Below, piece by piece: positions 63,700-64,000 of a DNA stretch of 64,000 nt; position 1 is the stretch's first letter, and each line of letters opens with the position of its first letter. The position numbers and the translations under genes are program-made. The DNA is from an uncultured virus (IMG/VR IMGVR_UViG_3300026479_000008) (taxonomy: Duplodnaviria; Heunggongvirae; Uroviricota; Caudoviricetes): the IMG/VR virus record IMGVR_UViG_3300026479_000008, one strand, 5' to 3'. Below the pieces are notes generated by a model. That model had not been told where the DNA came from. It saw nothing but the letters and a program-made list of their open reading frames with translations, and ran no database searches.

Positions 63700-64000
63700 A
63701 TACCTTATATATCTCAGATTCCTCTAATTCCTCCTAGGACTTCTTAGTCTTGGAAATTTTTTGAGTTAGGAAATTTTTCTAAATAGTCATCGCCGCCTCT
63801 CTATACTCCCTCTAAGTCAGGGGAAAATTTGGAATTGACTTTTAAAAAAACGTATTTTTTCAATTTTATGTTTCTTCAAAATACTCTAATCCAAATATCA
63901 ATCCATCGCAATTTACTCTAATATAGTATCAGGTCCCCTGTACCGGTAGGTAGTGGGGCCGCTCTCCGAGTCTCTGAGCCCTCAAATGTGTCATACTCAA

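Overview
AT-rich segment of a large (jumbo/huge) contractile-tailed bacteriophage genome. Every credible gene is on the minus strand, densely packed and read in the standard code. The host is probably Bacteroidota/Flavobacteriia, inferred from the bS21, ClpP, lipoprotein and early-promoter style. 1-23.2 kb is a T4-like neck/baseplate/spike module interrupted by an amidoligase and a ribosomal protein S1 gene. 23-39 kb holds small accessory and DNA-metabolism genes (dCMP deaminase, UvsE, GATase, RNase HII, PhoH, bS21, DnaJ, exonuclease, ATP-grasp). 39-55 kb is a fibre island: an 1852-aa collagen-like fibre flanked by a PLOD-like lysyl hydroxylase, a second 2OG-Fe(II) oxygenase, several glycosyltransferases and coiled-coil/adaptor proteins. 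55-64 kb encodes ClpP, a GT25 glycosyltransferase, a dCMP-type thymidylate synthase homologue, a ClpC lacking its N-domain, an RNase H-like protein, LOG and a lipoprotein. Best candidates for new biology: (1) a phage-encoded collagen hydroxylation/glycosylation pathway acting on a two-armed, charge-polarised collagen fibre; (2) an N-domain-less ClpCP protease plus four small UVR-motif proteins that could be its adaptors; (3) a translation toolkit of bS1, bS21 and an unannotated ArfA/BrfA-like peptide; (4) six proteins sharing a T4-like capsid-targeting N-terminus; (5) three readable promoter classes. All family assignments come from motif recognition by eye; no database searches were run.
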